From NCBI GenBank assembly GCA_044070495.1, contig JBIPSI010000017.1, positions 67,094 to 131,093 on the forward strand: a stretch of DNA of 64,000 bases. Reading direction: 5' to 3'. Shown in pieces: positions 52,774 through 61,678 of the stretch (positions within the stretch are counted from its first letter, which is position 1; every line of letters begins with the position of its first letter). Source of the DNA: Spirulina sp. Its GTDB lineage: Bacteria; Cyanobacteriota; Cyanobacteriia; Phormidesmidales; Phormidesmidaceae. Under the pieces are notes generated by a model. It was not told the origin of the DNA, did not search any database, and saw only the letters and a list, made by a program, of their open reading frames with translations. A program made the translations under genes and the position numbers.

Positions 52774-53027
52774 ACGAAATCTCCTTAAATAGTAATCAGC
52801 ATCGTAGCAACTTTTGCACTCCGTAGGGCAGGTTTCCTTATTTCCCACTCTCCTGGTTGCTTTCAGCAACACCGATTACCCCTTGCTACTGCCCTTACCG
52901 TCAACCTTCCGGTTGCTTTCGCCACCACAACTGAAGCTGCAACCACTGCCTAAACAGACCATTTCCTGGGCATTTTCGGACTGACCCAAAATCTCACAAA
53001 ACGAGTGCAATGATTTTGTGTGGAGCC

Positions 53028-53112
53028 AGCTAACTTGAAGCTGAGCGGCGGCCAATATTTTTGCATCAACACCTAGATTATTTATGCTGTCCGCTCCTAC
53101 GTAGGGTTAGGC
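53028..53112 (-). other. attC recombination site (85 bp)
   Basis: Minus strand: GCCTAAC CCTAC GTAGGAGC GG[A]CAGC ... GCCGCC GCTCAGC TTCAA GTTAGCT. Confidence 0.82.
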
Positions 53113-53226
53113 GGCAAAGCCAAGAGCATGGTTCCTCTCAGGGCTATGTTAGGTTTCCATCGATCGCTTCCAGGAATTCCTGGGCTATGATCTGGCGTGC
53201 CCGACACCGTAAAATGTTAAGCCCAT

Positions 53227-53979
53227 TTACCAATTTTCGTCGTAAGTTATATCAACCTTTAAAGTGTCTAGAAGGTCTAGATATTCTTTCCCCTCAGGCG
53301 TAACTGAGAAAGCCTCAGCCAAATCTTTCTTATCTACCAACCTTAACTCCTCAAAGAAATCTCTGATACTAGACTTCCTCTTAAGGAAGCGAACCGCATA
53401 AAGATGTCTCATCTCTTTTTCAAGATAGTCAATCCATTCACTACTAACCCAATAAGGTATATTTTCATCTTCGCATTTCTTTAACCCTCTTAAATGTTTT
53501 GCCTCAAATTGATCAAGCAAACCCCGAAGAGCTAATTTCAGCCCTAAGTCATGTTGTTTTTGCAAATGGGCAATTTCTTTTTGTTGCTTGTCCAGAATTT
53601 CAAGCTGCTTTTGCTGAAATGAATCGATTTCCTCCTGCTGCTTATCTTGTATATTCTCTAGATTTTTAAATTTTGCCGCTATCTTTGTACCGTCAATAGT
53701 AAAATCCTCTAGCTTCTCAAGAATCCCTGAATTAAAGAATAAGACAATAGCAAGAACTATAATTTCTGTATTATCAATTCTATTGACCTTAAATTTACTA
53801 TTTTCAGGAAGAACCATGACAGCAAGCAAGTAGAAAATACCTAACATGGTGACAGTTTTAGACAGCCACCAGCTCATTGATCTCTTACTATTTTGAGGAT
53901 TAATCACAATCTGACTTGATGGATTTACATAAGATGAGTTAGTGAGTTTTTCATGTTGGCTTTTCTCTTGTTCTGACAT
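53227..53979 (-). CDS. AT-rich hypothetical protein: 2 TM + coiled coil + possible C-terminal winged helix
   Basis: 250-aa ORF, strongly AT-rich relative to the flanks, filling one cassette. Confidence 0.8.
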   Translation of the reverse strand: MSEQEKSQHEKLTNSSYVNPSSQIVINPQNSKRSMSWWLSKTVTMLGIFYLLAVMVLPENSKFKVNRIDNTEIIVLAIVLFFNSGILEKLEDFTIDGTKIAAKFKNLENIQDKQQEEIDSFQQKQLEILDKQQKEIAHLQKQHDLGLKLALRGLLDQFEAKHLRGLKKCEDENIPYWVSSEWIDYLEKEMRHLYAVRFLKRKSSIRDFFEELRLVDKKDLAEAFSVTPEGKEYLDLLDTLKVDITYDENW

Positions 53980-54083
53980 GGCTATTGTTCTTCCTATTCA
54001 AAAAATATTTTTCAAAAGAGAACTATATTCAAACATGCAAGAATTAAGATTCAGTGAGCAGCTCTTACTCGGAGTTTTTTTCG

Positions 54084-54171
54084 GCCTAACGTTCCGCTTT
54101 ACCCGCCGTAGATAACCTCTCGATTCAAGGGAATAACCTCGCGGCGGTCGGGTGCAAGCGGGTTGTTATGC
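54084..54171 (-). other. attC recombination site (88 bp)
   Basis: Minus strand: GCATAAC AACCC GCTT[G]CAC CCG[A]CCG ... CGGCGG GTAAAGC GGAAC GTTAGGC; the upstream gene's TAA lies inside R''. Confidence 0.88.
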
Positions 54172-54411
54172 TGGCGGCAACTGGTCATACGACTCTGGCT
54201 CAACATCAGCGACTTTGGCTAACACAGCCTCATATTTTGCTCGATCACCCCGGCTGGCGCGCTCCTGCAAATACCCTTCGGTCGTTAATGCTGAAATTTT
54301 CTCGGCAACTGCTAGGGCGATAAACTGGTCGAGCGAAACCCCGTCCTGCGCTGCAAGGCTCTGCAAGCTTTTATATAAAGAGTCGGGTAGCTGGATGCTT
54401 AACGTGCTCAT
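54166..54411 (-). CDS. HicB-like / ribbon-helix-helix antitoxin
   Basis: LSIQLPDSLYKSL..LA..DGVSLDQFIALAVAEK; ATGA overlap with the PIN gene. Confidence 0.85.
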   Translation of the reverse strand: MSTLSIQLPDSLYKSLQSLAAQDGVSLDQFIALAVAEKISALTTEGYLQERASRGDRAKYEAVLAKVADVEPESYDQLPPA

Positions 54412-54836
54412 GATAGTCCTCCAATAGACTCCAGGAAACTGGCCGGGGTAACGGCACTAACCCCAAATCGCTCAATGCCTGCAAAATCGCGGATATTGTA
54501 TGTCACTACGCTATCACACCCCGCTTTAACCGCTAGTTCTAGCACCATGTCATCCTTTGGGTCGGGCAAGAAAGGTCGCCAAAGGAAGAAAATCTGATGA
54601 TGGGTCGCAACAGCGCAGTGAAAATCCAAGAAATCCTGTACATCTGAGTCATTAATCGCTAGATTCGGCAGTTCCCGCAATAAAACCTCTTCATACTCCA
54701 GAACTAGCGGTACAGAAAGATTGATCTTAAACCGCTCGCTGCCAACTAGCCCTAGTAGACGAAAAGCACTCCCGTTTCTAGAACGTAGCCCAGCAATAAC
54801 GACATTGGTGTCGATCACAATTTGGGGGATGGGCAT
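54408..54836 (-). CDS. PIN-family toxin
   Basis: IVIDTNVVIAG, LEYEEVL, DPKDDMVLELA, VTYNIRDF. Confidence 0.9.
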   Translation of the reverse strand: MPIPQIVIDTNVVIAGLRSRNGSAFRLLGLVGSERFKINLSVPLVLEYEEVLLRELPNLAINDSDVQDFLDFHCAVATHHQIFFLWRPFLPDPKDDMVLELAVKAGCDSVVTYNIRDFAGIERFGVSAVTPASFLESIGGLS

Positions 54837-54958
54837 TGGCGGCAGCACCGAGGCGTTTATTGGTAACCCACCAATGTTACCGCCTACCCAGATCCTTGCC
54901 GAGGTAGTTTTTTATACAAGGCATCTTTACTTGGATTGCCCCCGCCACAGAATAGTCG

Positions 54959-55043
54959 GCATAATGACGAAGTTGAGCCGCGAACGCCGCTTAGCCAGCG
55001 TCGTCGGGCTAACGCGTTCGTCGGCTCCAACGAAGAGTTGGTG
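54959..55043 (-). other. attC recombination site (85 bp), R' core ATT instead of GTT
   Basis: Minus strand: CACCAAC TCTTC GTTG[G]AGC CG[A]CGAACGC ... GCGTTCGCG GCTCAAC TTCGTC ATTATGC. Confidence 0.85.
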
Positions 55044-55091
55044 TGCCTGGTAAGTGGACTTAGTGTTCCCAACCAGTAACATTTCTACCAG

Positions 55092-55252
55092 GCAGAACAA
55101 CTACTTGTTAGAGGGAAACTTTCTGCCTAACATCCTTATACGGGATCTTAGGTGGAAATCTGTCAGCCTAAATACCCCTGTGGGGATCTTAGGTGGAAAA
55201 AATCAGCCTAAGCGCCGAATATGGGATCTTAGGTAGAAAAAATCATCATAAA
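55092..55252. repeat. Four 25-26 bp quasi-palindromes with 15-bp spacers (candidate attI-like platform)
   Basis: Units at 55107-55131, 55147-55172, 55188-55212 and 55228-55252 (STTAGRKRGAAA..TCWGCCTAA); the repeat is seen directly, its function is inferred. Confidence 0.75.
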
Positions 55253-55431
55253 TATCCGGCAGCAGAGGTGCCCTGCAATTTAAAGATCCTTTATGTTCGG
55301 TGCACACTTACGGATGGATGCATTGCTTTCTCAGTCATGGCAAAGAGTTGGCCATGGGGAACGTCAGCGGCAACCACGGCTAATAAATCTAGGGTATCTA
55401 GGTGAAAAATTCGGCTGTTTGCACACGACGT

Positions 55432-57201
55432 CTATGGATTTTCTCCCGACTGCCGCTGCACCCATTGGGTCACCCCTTCGGCTAGGGTTTCGGCCAGTTG
55501 GGCTTGGGCTTGGGGGTCGGTAATCCATTCAAACTCGGTGGGGTTAATCATAAAGCCCAGTTCCAGCAGCACCGAGGGGGCCACGTGGGGGCGGGTGAGG
55601 GCGAGGTTGTTCCAAAACACGCCGTAGGAGGGGCGATCTAGCTCGGTGACGAGGTGGTCGTGGAGGAATTGGGCCAGATCGTGGGCCTGGGCATGGAACC
55701 AAAAGGCTCCGATGCCAGCGGTATTGAGGGCATCGCCGCTGTCGGGCAGGGCGTTGTAGTGGATGCTGAGGGCGAGGGTGGGCTGGTCTCGGTTGATTTG
55801 GGCGGCGCGGTCGTTGGGGCCGCTGGCGGTGTCGTCGGTGCGGGTCATAATCACGGTGGCCCCCCGCCGTTCTAGGGCCGCTTGCAGGAGGAGGGATACC
55901 TCCAAATTGACGGTCTTTTCGGGGATGCCGTTGGGGCCGCGTGCCCCCAGTTCGTCGCCGCCGTGGCCGGGGTCAATCAAAATGGTGGTGCCCTGGAGGG
56001 GCAGATTACCGAGGGCAGGGGGATGTTTGAGGGCGAGGATCAGGGTGGTGCCTTCGTAGCGCAGTTGGTAGCCCCACTGCTGGTTGGTGGCGAAGTGGAA
56101 GGTGTATTCTGCTTGGTTGGGCAGGATCGGTCGCCAGTCGAGCCGCTGAATTAGCCCATCGTTGCCGACGAAGATGGTGTCGGTTTGGGGGGTGGTGTTG
56201 TGCAGGGTGAGGGTGAAGGTCTCCCCGGTTTGGTAGACACTGACGGGAACGGGCACCTGCAAGGGGAAGGAGACCTCCGTCCAGTCGCCCACTCGGCGGG
56301 AGGTAACGCCCCGAATCAGGGATTGGGGCGGGGCGGCACCGGGGATGAGTTGGGTTTCTGCCGCACGAATCCAGCCGCCATAGTCGAGCCGTAGCCAGTC
56401 GCCCTCGCGTCCAGTAATTTGGGCGCGGGTGCCCTGGGGCAGGGGCGTGAGGCGGGAATAGTCGGTGCTGGGGCCAGTGCGGGCGACTCCGGCGGCGGCG
56501 ATCACTTCGGCAACTTCAATTTGATTCGGCGCGAGGAGGATGACCTGACCGGGGGCGCTGGCGGTTTCCGTACGGCCCTGGTAAACCATGCGATAGGCGG
56601 GTTGACCCAGATTGCCCGTCCGATCCGTCGTCATACAACCCTGGTAAACCGTAGGGCCATCCAAGGCCATGGGATTGTTTTGATCAACCAAGACCGCTGC
56701 ATTGCTGGGCAGTTGGCTGGTCGTCTGAGGTAACAGCGTCAGGGATTGGTTCGCCAATTGGGCTGTCACCGTTGCCGATGCGGGGACAATGGCTGACAGA
56801 CAGATCAACTCATCGGGCTGGCGCGTCACATCCACCCTGGGCCAGAGGGAATCCACAACAAACCCCGGTGGATCGGGCAGGGTGGGGCCGCTGGGTAGCC
56901 GGGTAATGGTGAGGTCTAGGGTTTGGCCCCCTTGGGTTAGCGTGAATTGGTTGGGGCCAAGTTCCAGGGGCAGGCTGGGGGCAAAATGTCCGGCGGGGCT
57001 GCGGTCGGCAATGGGGACGCCGTTGATCAGCACAGGCTGGCTGGGGTCGGCGGTGCCAATGAAGAAAATCTGCGCCGCCGTGGTTTGGTGATCGGCGGGG
57101 GGATACACCACCTGTAAGGACGACTGCGCCAGGGCCACCTCTGCCATGCCAACCCCTGCCACCATACCCAGCGTTGTCGCCCATGTCCAAGCCACTGCCA
57201 T
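55432..57201 (-). CDS. N-acetylmuramoyl-L-alanine amidase with SH3-like domain
   Basis: Signal peptide, RTGPSTDYSRLTPL, IDPGHGG, SIHYNA, SVLLELGF. Confidence 0.92.
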   Translation of the reverse strand: MAVAWTWATTLGMVAGVGMAEVALAQSSLQVVYPPADHQTTAAQIFFIGTADPSQPVLINGVPIADRSPAGHFAPSLPLELGPNQFTLTQGGQTLDLTITRLPSGPTLPDPPGFVVDSLWPRVDVTRQPDELICLSAIVPASATVTAQLANQSLTLLPQTTSQLPSNAAVLVDQNNPMALDGPTVYQGCMTTDRTGNLGQPAYRMVYQGRTETASAPGQVILLAPNQIEVAEVIAAAGVARTGPSTDYSRLTPLPQGTRAQITGREGDWLRLDYGGWIRAAETQLIPGAAPPQSLIRGVTSRRVGDWTEVSFPLQVPVPVSVYQTGETFTLTLHNTTPQTDTIFVGNDGLIQRLDWRPILPNQAEYTFHFATNQQWGYQLRYEGTTLILALKHPPALGNLPLQGTTILIDPGHGGDELGARGPNGIPEKTVNLEVSLLLQAALERRGATVIMTRTDDTASGPNDRAAQINRDQPTLALSIHYNALPDSGDALNTAGIGAFWFHAQAHDLAQFLHDHLVTELDRPSYGVFWNNLALTRPHVAPSVLLELGFMINPTEFEWITDPQAQAQLAETLAEGVTQWVQRQSGENP

Positions 57202-57246
57202 ACCTGTTTTCCTTGCTACGTTGCTAGTCTACGTCCGCTGAATGAC

Positions 57247-58581
57247 CTAAGCTAGGGGATCGCCTTCTGTGGGTCGATGACGCTTGAGAATCACCATCGC
57301 TGGCCCCACCACGGGATTGCGGGCTACTATCACGCCGTCAGGGTCTCGCAGTTGCAGGGTGGCAAAGGCTAGCCCCTGAGCTTGGCTATAGATATCCTGG
57401 GCGATACGGTCTTGGGATTCGGCCCCTAGTCCATACCAATCCTGACTCACGTTGACCGCTAACACCTGCTGGGGCAAATTCACCTCCACCGACTGAATCA
57501 GCCCCACGGCATAGGAACGGCTAATTTTACTCACCCGCTCCTGAATGTCGGCAATTAGGGTTTGTTCGGGGGAAGGCTCTAGCGCTTCCGTCGGCGTTTC
57601 GGTAGCAATGGCTGGGACAGACTCGCCACTGTTTCTCGAAAGGATGGCCGAAGTCCCTGCTTTGTCGTCGCCTTGGGATAGGGCGGGGCCAGGGATTTCC
57701 GGATTCTCAACTGCCACCTTAGGAGATGTTCCTTTGCTTCCCAGGGGATTCCACAGCACCAACCAGAGAATCAACACCCCCAGGGCGATGGCCGTCATCA
57801 GTTCATCACTGAGGTTGCGTTGCCAGGTTCTCGGCAACCAAGACCGCACCTGACGCAGAACCTTTCGCCAAATCGTCGCCCCATCCGCCAGCACAATCAT
57901 CAGTTGATCAATCACGCCTAATTCCTTGGGTTGGTAGGGAACCTCGCTCGGCTCCCAATCGTCATAGGGGAGAACTGTGCGACCGGGTTTTTCCGCTTCC
58001 CGGCGCGGCCTAGAGCCAGCATCCAGCACCGAGGGATCTGGCTCGCCCTCTTCTTCCGTCCCAGCCCAAGAGGCCGCCGCTGGCTTAGTATCCCTAGGCC
58101 GATCTGCTGTCATCGCCGCTGGTTCGGCTTCATCCAGTTCCGTCCACACCTCCGCCGCTTGGACTGGGAAAACTGGGGCTTCTGAGGTTGGCGCTTCAGC
58201 GGACGTTTCTGTAAATGCTTCCGTCACCGATGGTTCCACAGTCAACGGGTCTATTGCTGACTCAGGATCTAGTGCTGACGTTTCTTGGAATGCTTCCGTC
58301 ACCGATGATTCCACGTCCAACGGGTCTCTTTCTAGGGCAGGATCCATTGCTGCCGTAGAATCCATTGCCGACGCAGGATCCGTACCTGAAGCCATCACGC
58401 CCTCCACCACGGCATTCATCTCAGAATCGAGGGCCGCTGGTTCTGGGAAAGCGTCGGTTTGGCCAACCTCACCTAAGGACTCCGCCTCTGAAAGTTCCTC
58501 TGGCGAGGTGACCATCTCAGCATCGGGGATGGCTGGAATCTCTTGGGGAAAATCGGGATTGTGGGCATCGTGGGAATTCAT
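57247..58581 (-). CDS. Hypothetical single-TM protein with long acidic disordered N-terminus
   Basis: 444-aa ORF; internal repeat DPLxVExSVTEAFxETSA x2; C-terminal ARNPVVGPAMVIL. Confidence 0.8.
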   Translation of the reverse strand: MNSHDAHNPDFPQEIPAIPDAEMVTSPEELSEAESLGEVGQTDAFPEPAALDSEMNAVVEGVMASGTDPASAMDSTAAMDPALERDPLDVESSVTEAFQETSALDPESAIDPLTVEPSVTEAFTETSAEAPTSEAPVFPVQAAEVWTELDEAEPAAMTADRPRDTKPAAASWAGTEEEGEPDPSVLDAGSRPRREAEKPGRTVLPYDDWEPSEVPYQPKELGVIDQLMIVLADGATIWRKVLRQVRSWLPRTWQRNLSDELMTAIALGVLILWLVLWNPLGSKGTSPKVAVENPEIPGPALSQGDDKAGTSAILSRNSGESVPAIATETPTEALEPSPEQTLIADIQERVSKISRSYAVGLIQSVEVNLPQQVLAVNVSQDWYGLGAESQDRIAQDIYSQAQGLAFATLQLRDPDGVIVARNPVVGPAMVILKRHRPTEGDPLA

Positions 58582-58764
58582 AGGGCAACCCGCCTACCAA
58601 ATCTTCGTTCACCTCTGCCCACCATAAACCAGATCGCCCGCCATCATCGTTGCGATAGCTGCGGATCTCGTTGCTTAGCCCAACCTAGCCCAGGGATCCT
58701 GCCTTCCTTCGAGATAGGATAGGGACTCTGCCCCCATCCTGACATTCTTATTCTTGACGCGACG

Positions 58765-58956
58765 ATGGCCGAAACCATTCCCCTGCTCTGGTTGCCGATG
58801 TTTTTGCATTGCCTGATTGGCCTTGTAGCGGCCCAGGTAGCCTTTCGTAAGGGGTACGACTTAGGGATTTGGTTGCTATGGGGCATCGTGGGAGGCACAC
58901 CGGCTCTGATTGATGCCCTGCGGCGGCCTCGGTGTGGCGCGATAGATTCACGATGA
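58765..58956 (+). CDS. Small membrane protein
   Basis: 63 aa with two hydrophobic segments around RKGY; ATGA overlap with the MFS gene. Confidence 0.65.
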   Translation: MAETIPLLWLPMFLHCLIGLVAAQVAFRKGYDLGIWLLWGIVGGTPALIDALRRPRCGAIDSR

Positions 58957-60212
58957 TCAGGACTCTAGAGGCCGGATGGCGGCGGTTTGTGGCCTGGTTG
59001 CCAGTGTTGCATCCCCAGGTGTGGTGGCTGGCGGCGGGGCGGTTGCTCTCCCAGGTGGGGATTGGCTTCACCCTGTTCTATGCGCCGATTTTCTTTGTCA
59101 ATCAGGTGGGGCTATCGGCCACCCAGGTGGGCATTGGGCTGGGGTTGGGTTCGGTTTTGGGCATTGCGGGCCGCATTTTGGGCGGGTCGATGGTGGATTC
59201 GCCACGCTGGGGTCGGCGTCCGGTGTTGCTGGGGTCAACGTTGATTTCGGCGGTGGCGGATGGGGTGTTGGTGTTGGCCCAGGGGTTTCCGGTCTTTTTG
59301 CTGGGCAATGGTCTGATGGGCTTTGGGGTAGGGCTGTATTGGCCCGCCACCGAAACCGTTGCCGCCGACCTCACGCCGCCGGAGCAGCGCAACGAAGCCT
59401 ACGCCATCGTGCGCTTGGCGGATAATTTGGGCCTAGGGGCCGGAGTGGTGCTAGGGGGGCTGCTGATTTCCCTCACCGGGCAGTATCGCGCCCTATTTGT
59501 GATTGATGGCCTCACGTTTTTGCTGTTTTTCGGGCTGATCTACGTCGTCATTGCCGAAACTCGCCCCCCCGGCCCCGCCCAAACCAGCTTCTTCCAGGGC
59601 TGGGGCCAAGCCCTGCGGGACGGCAACCTAATGATCTATTCCCTGGTGAATGTGCTGCTGACGGGCTACCTCTCCCAGGTGCAGAGTACCCTGCCCGTGT
59701 ACCTCAACCGCTTTGCCACTGGCGCAACGGAGCAAGGACTTTCGACCTCGGCCCTGGGGGTGCTGTTTACGGGCCATGTGGCCCTGGCCACCCTCTGCCA
59801 ATTGCCCATGGCCCGCTGGCTGCGGCGGTTTCCTTCGGCCCAGGGGTTGATGCTGTCTTGTTTATTCTGGGGAATAGGATTTAGCTTGGTATGGCTGGCG
59901 GGGGTGGGGGCGCTACCCATGTTGTGGTCTGGACTAGCCCTAACACTGATGGCCCTGGGTATGGTGGCCTATACGCCCATTGGGTCAGCCCTGGTAGCCG
60001 CCATTGCCCCCGATGCCCTGCGGGGGGTTTATCTATCCGTGAATTCCATGGGCTGGGCCTTTGGGTACCTGATTGGCCCACCCCTGGGCGGTTGGGCAAT
60101 TGATCAGGGCGTTCCCATTGCCCACAGCTATTGGTTGTTCCTGGTGGCTTCGGTGCTGCCCGCTCTGGGTATTTTGGTGATGCTCAATCAACGGCTGCGT
60201 CGGTTATCTTAG
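58953..60212 (+). CDS. MFS transporter
   Basis: About 12 TM, motif A G..VD...GRR, APDALRGVY. Confidence 0.92.
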   Translation: MIRTLEAGWRRFVAWLPVLHPQVWWLAAGRLLSQVGIGFTLFYAPIFFVNQVGLSATQVGIGLGLGSVLGIAGRILGGSMVDSPRWGRRPVLLGSTLISAVADGVLVLAQGFPVFLLGNGLMGFGVGLYWPATETVAADLTPPEQRNEAYAIVRLADNLGLGAGVVLGGLLISLTGQYRALFVIDGLTFLLFFGLIYVVIAETRPPGPAQTSFFQGWGQALRDGNLMIYSLVNVLLTGYLSQVQSTLPVYLNRFATGATEQGLSTSALGVLFTGHVALATLCQLPMARWLRRFPSAQGLMLSCLFWGIGFSLVWLAGVGALPMLWSGLALTLMALGMVAYTPIGSALVAAIAPDALRGVYLSVNSMGWAFGYLIGPPLGGWAIDQGVPIAHSYWLFLVASVLPALGILVMLNQRLRRLS

Positions 60213-60442
60213 TGGGCTGGTGCATTGCTGGGTTGGTGCATTGCTGGCGCGTTGACGCAGTCTCGCCTTGGCGTTATGCACCCTACGCAAAGCTGGGGCT
60301 GAGAGACATGCTTGGGACTGGGAGCATTACCCTAGTCCATGAACCCCGATATAAGCGGGTGAGGAGACTTCGCCCTGTGGTTGGATGGGGTGTAACGGGT
60401 TGGGCTTGGGGATACTCTTCGGATTGGGGATAATCCGTAGCA

Positions 60443-61678
60443 TCATGGCCTCCAGGCAACGGGAAAGGCGTACTCGTTGGCTTGGGTGAGGGGCGTTAAT
60501 TCGCTGCCGTCGGAACGGACGATGTAGAGTCCTTGGGTACCGAGGTCGTCGCCGAGGGGAATAGCGGTGAAGGCGATCCAGTCGCCCTGGGGTGACCACC
60601 AGCTTTCTGATACGGTCTGAAAGGGTTGGGGGGTGAGGGTGACAAAGGTTTGGTCGGCCAAGGCGAAGGTAAACATAGCCTGCTGTTCCCAGTGGTTGCC
60701 GGAGGAAAAGGCGAGGGTTTGGCTATCGGGCGACCAACTGAGAGCGTTGTAGAACCCTGGGCGGGTAAGCACCTGGCGTTCTCCGGTGGCAACCTCCAGC
60801 AGCACCACCACTTCCTGGTTGCTGAGGGGCGGGTTGGCGGGTTCGTAAAAGGCGAGGTAGCGTCCGTTGGGGCTCCACAGTAGGCGGCTACGGTAGATTT
60901 GAAAGTTGGCTTCGGGGGTGAGCAGGCGTTGTTCTCCCGTCAGCAGGTCGATCATCTGGATGCGCTGGAAGGGGTAGTTGCCTTCATGGAAAGCCAGCTT
61001 GGTGCCATCTGGCGACCACACTAGGGCACTACCAGCGGCGGCATAGGGGCCGGGGGTTTCGGTTAAACGTTGGGGAGTGGGGCTGACGGCACCGTTATTC
61101 TCGGCACCGTTACTAATGGAAGCCTTGTTAATAGAGGCATCCAAAGCGTAAATATGCTGATCGGCAACATAGGCAATTTGGCGGCCATCGGGGGAAACGG
61201 AGAGGGCGGCGGCATCAGGGGGCAGGGGCAGGGGCTGCGGCTGTCCGGTACCGTTTGCCAGGAAAACGGCCCACTGGCTTGGGCCATCGGGCATTGCGCA
61301 GCGTTCTTGAATGACTAAAGCCAAGGGTTGAACCTGCCACGCCACGTTAAGGTCTCGCCGGTGTGGGCATTGGCTAGTAAAGACGGTCTGGGCAGACTCA
61401 GGGCTGGGGTTCAGCCAAATCACCTGCCCATCACTGTTGACCACCGCAAGGGCATTTCCCTCGGGCGACCAAGCCAGGTCTTCAACCAAAGCCAGGTTGG
61501 CCTCTAACAGGGGCTGGCGCAACTGGTCAAGGCGCTGCTCAAACAGGCCATCTGGGGTCGCAAAGACCAGGCTGGCCAAGGACGGCGGTGAAGGGGTTGG
61601 CGTTTGTGCCCTAGCCGCAGGGGTAGCCCCTAGCCCTAGGGCCACGGCAACGGTGATAGCGAGGGGGCGTAATGCCAT
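60443..61678 (-). CDS. Exported TolB/PD40-like beta-propeller protein
   Basis: Signal peptide and repeated WSP(D/E/N/Q)G..LAF blades. Confidence 0.85.
   Translation of the reverse strand: MALRPLAITVAVALGLGATPAARAQTPTPSPPSLASLVFATPDGLFEQRLDQLRQPLLEANLALVEDLAWSPEGNALAVVNSDGQVIWLNPSPESAQTVFTSQCPHRRDLNVAWQVQPLALVIQERCAMPDGPSQWAVFLANGTGQPQPLPLPPDAAALSVSPDGRQIAYVADQHIYALDASINKASISNGAENNGAVSPTPQRLTETPGPYAAAGSALVWSPDGTKLAFHEGNYPFQRIQMIDLLTGEQRLLTPEANFQIYRSRLLWSPNGRYLAFYEPANPPLSNQEVVVLLEVATGERQVLTRPGFYNALSWSPDSQTLAFSSGNHWEQQAMFTFALADQTFVTLTPQPFQTVSESWWSPQGDWIAFTAIPLGDDLGTQGLYIVRSDGSELTPLTQANEYAFPVAWRP

Noticed and set aside
53061..53303. 80-aa plus-strand ORF
   Set aside because: Antisense to the cassette gene and overlaps an attC; probably spurious.
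54884..55072. 62-aa ORF as a cassette gene
   Set aside because: It simply translates through the attC site and has no recognisable features.
55107..55252. CRISPR mini-array
   Set aside because: Spacers are only 15 bp and partly conserved (GGGAT), the repeats diverge, and no cas genes are present; kept as an att-like repeat array.
57977..58627. Long antisense/shadow ORFs (also 31390-32163, 41821-42735, 48270-49001 and others)
   Set aside because: They overlap well-supported genes and are expected by-products of GC-rich codon usage.
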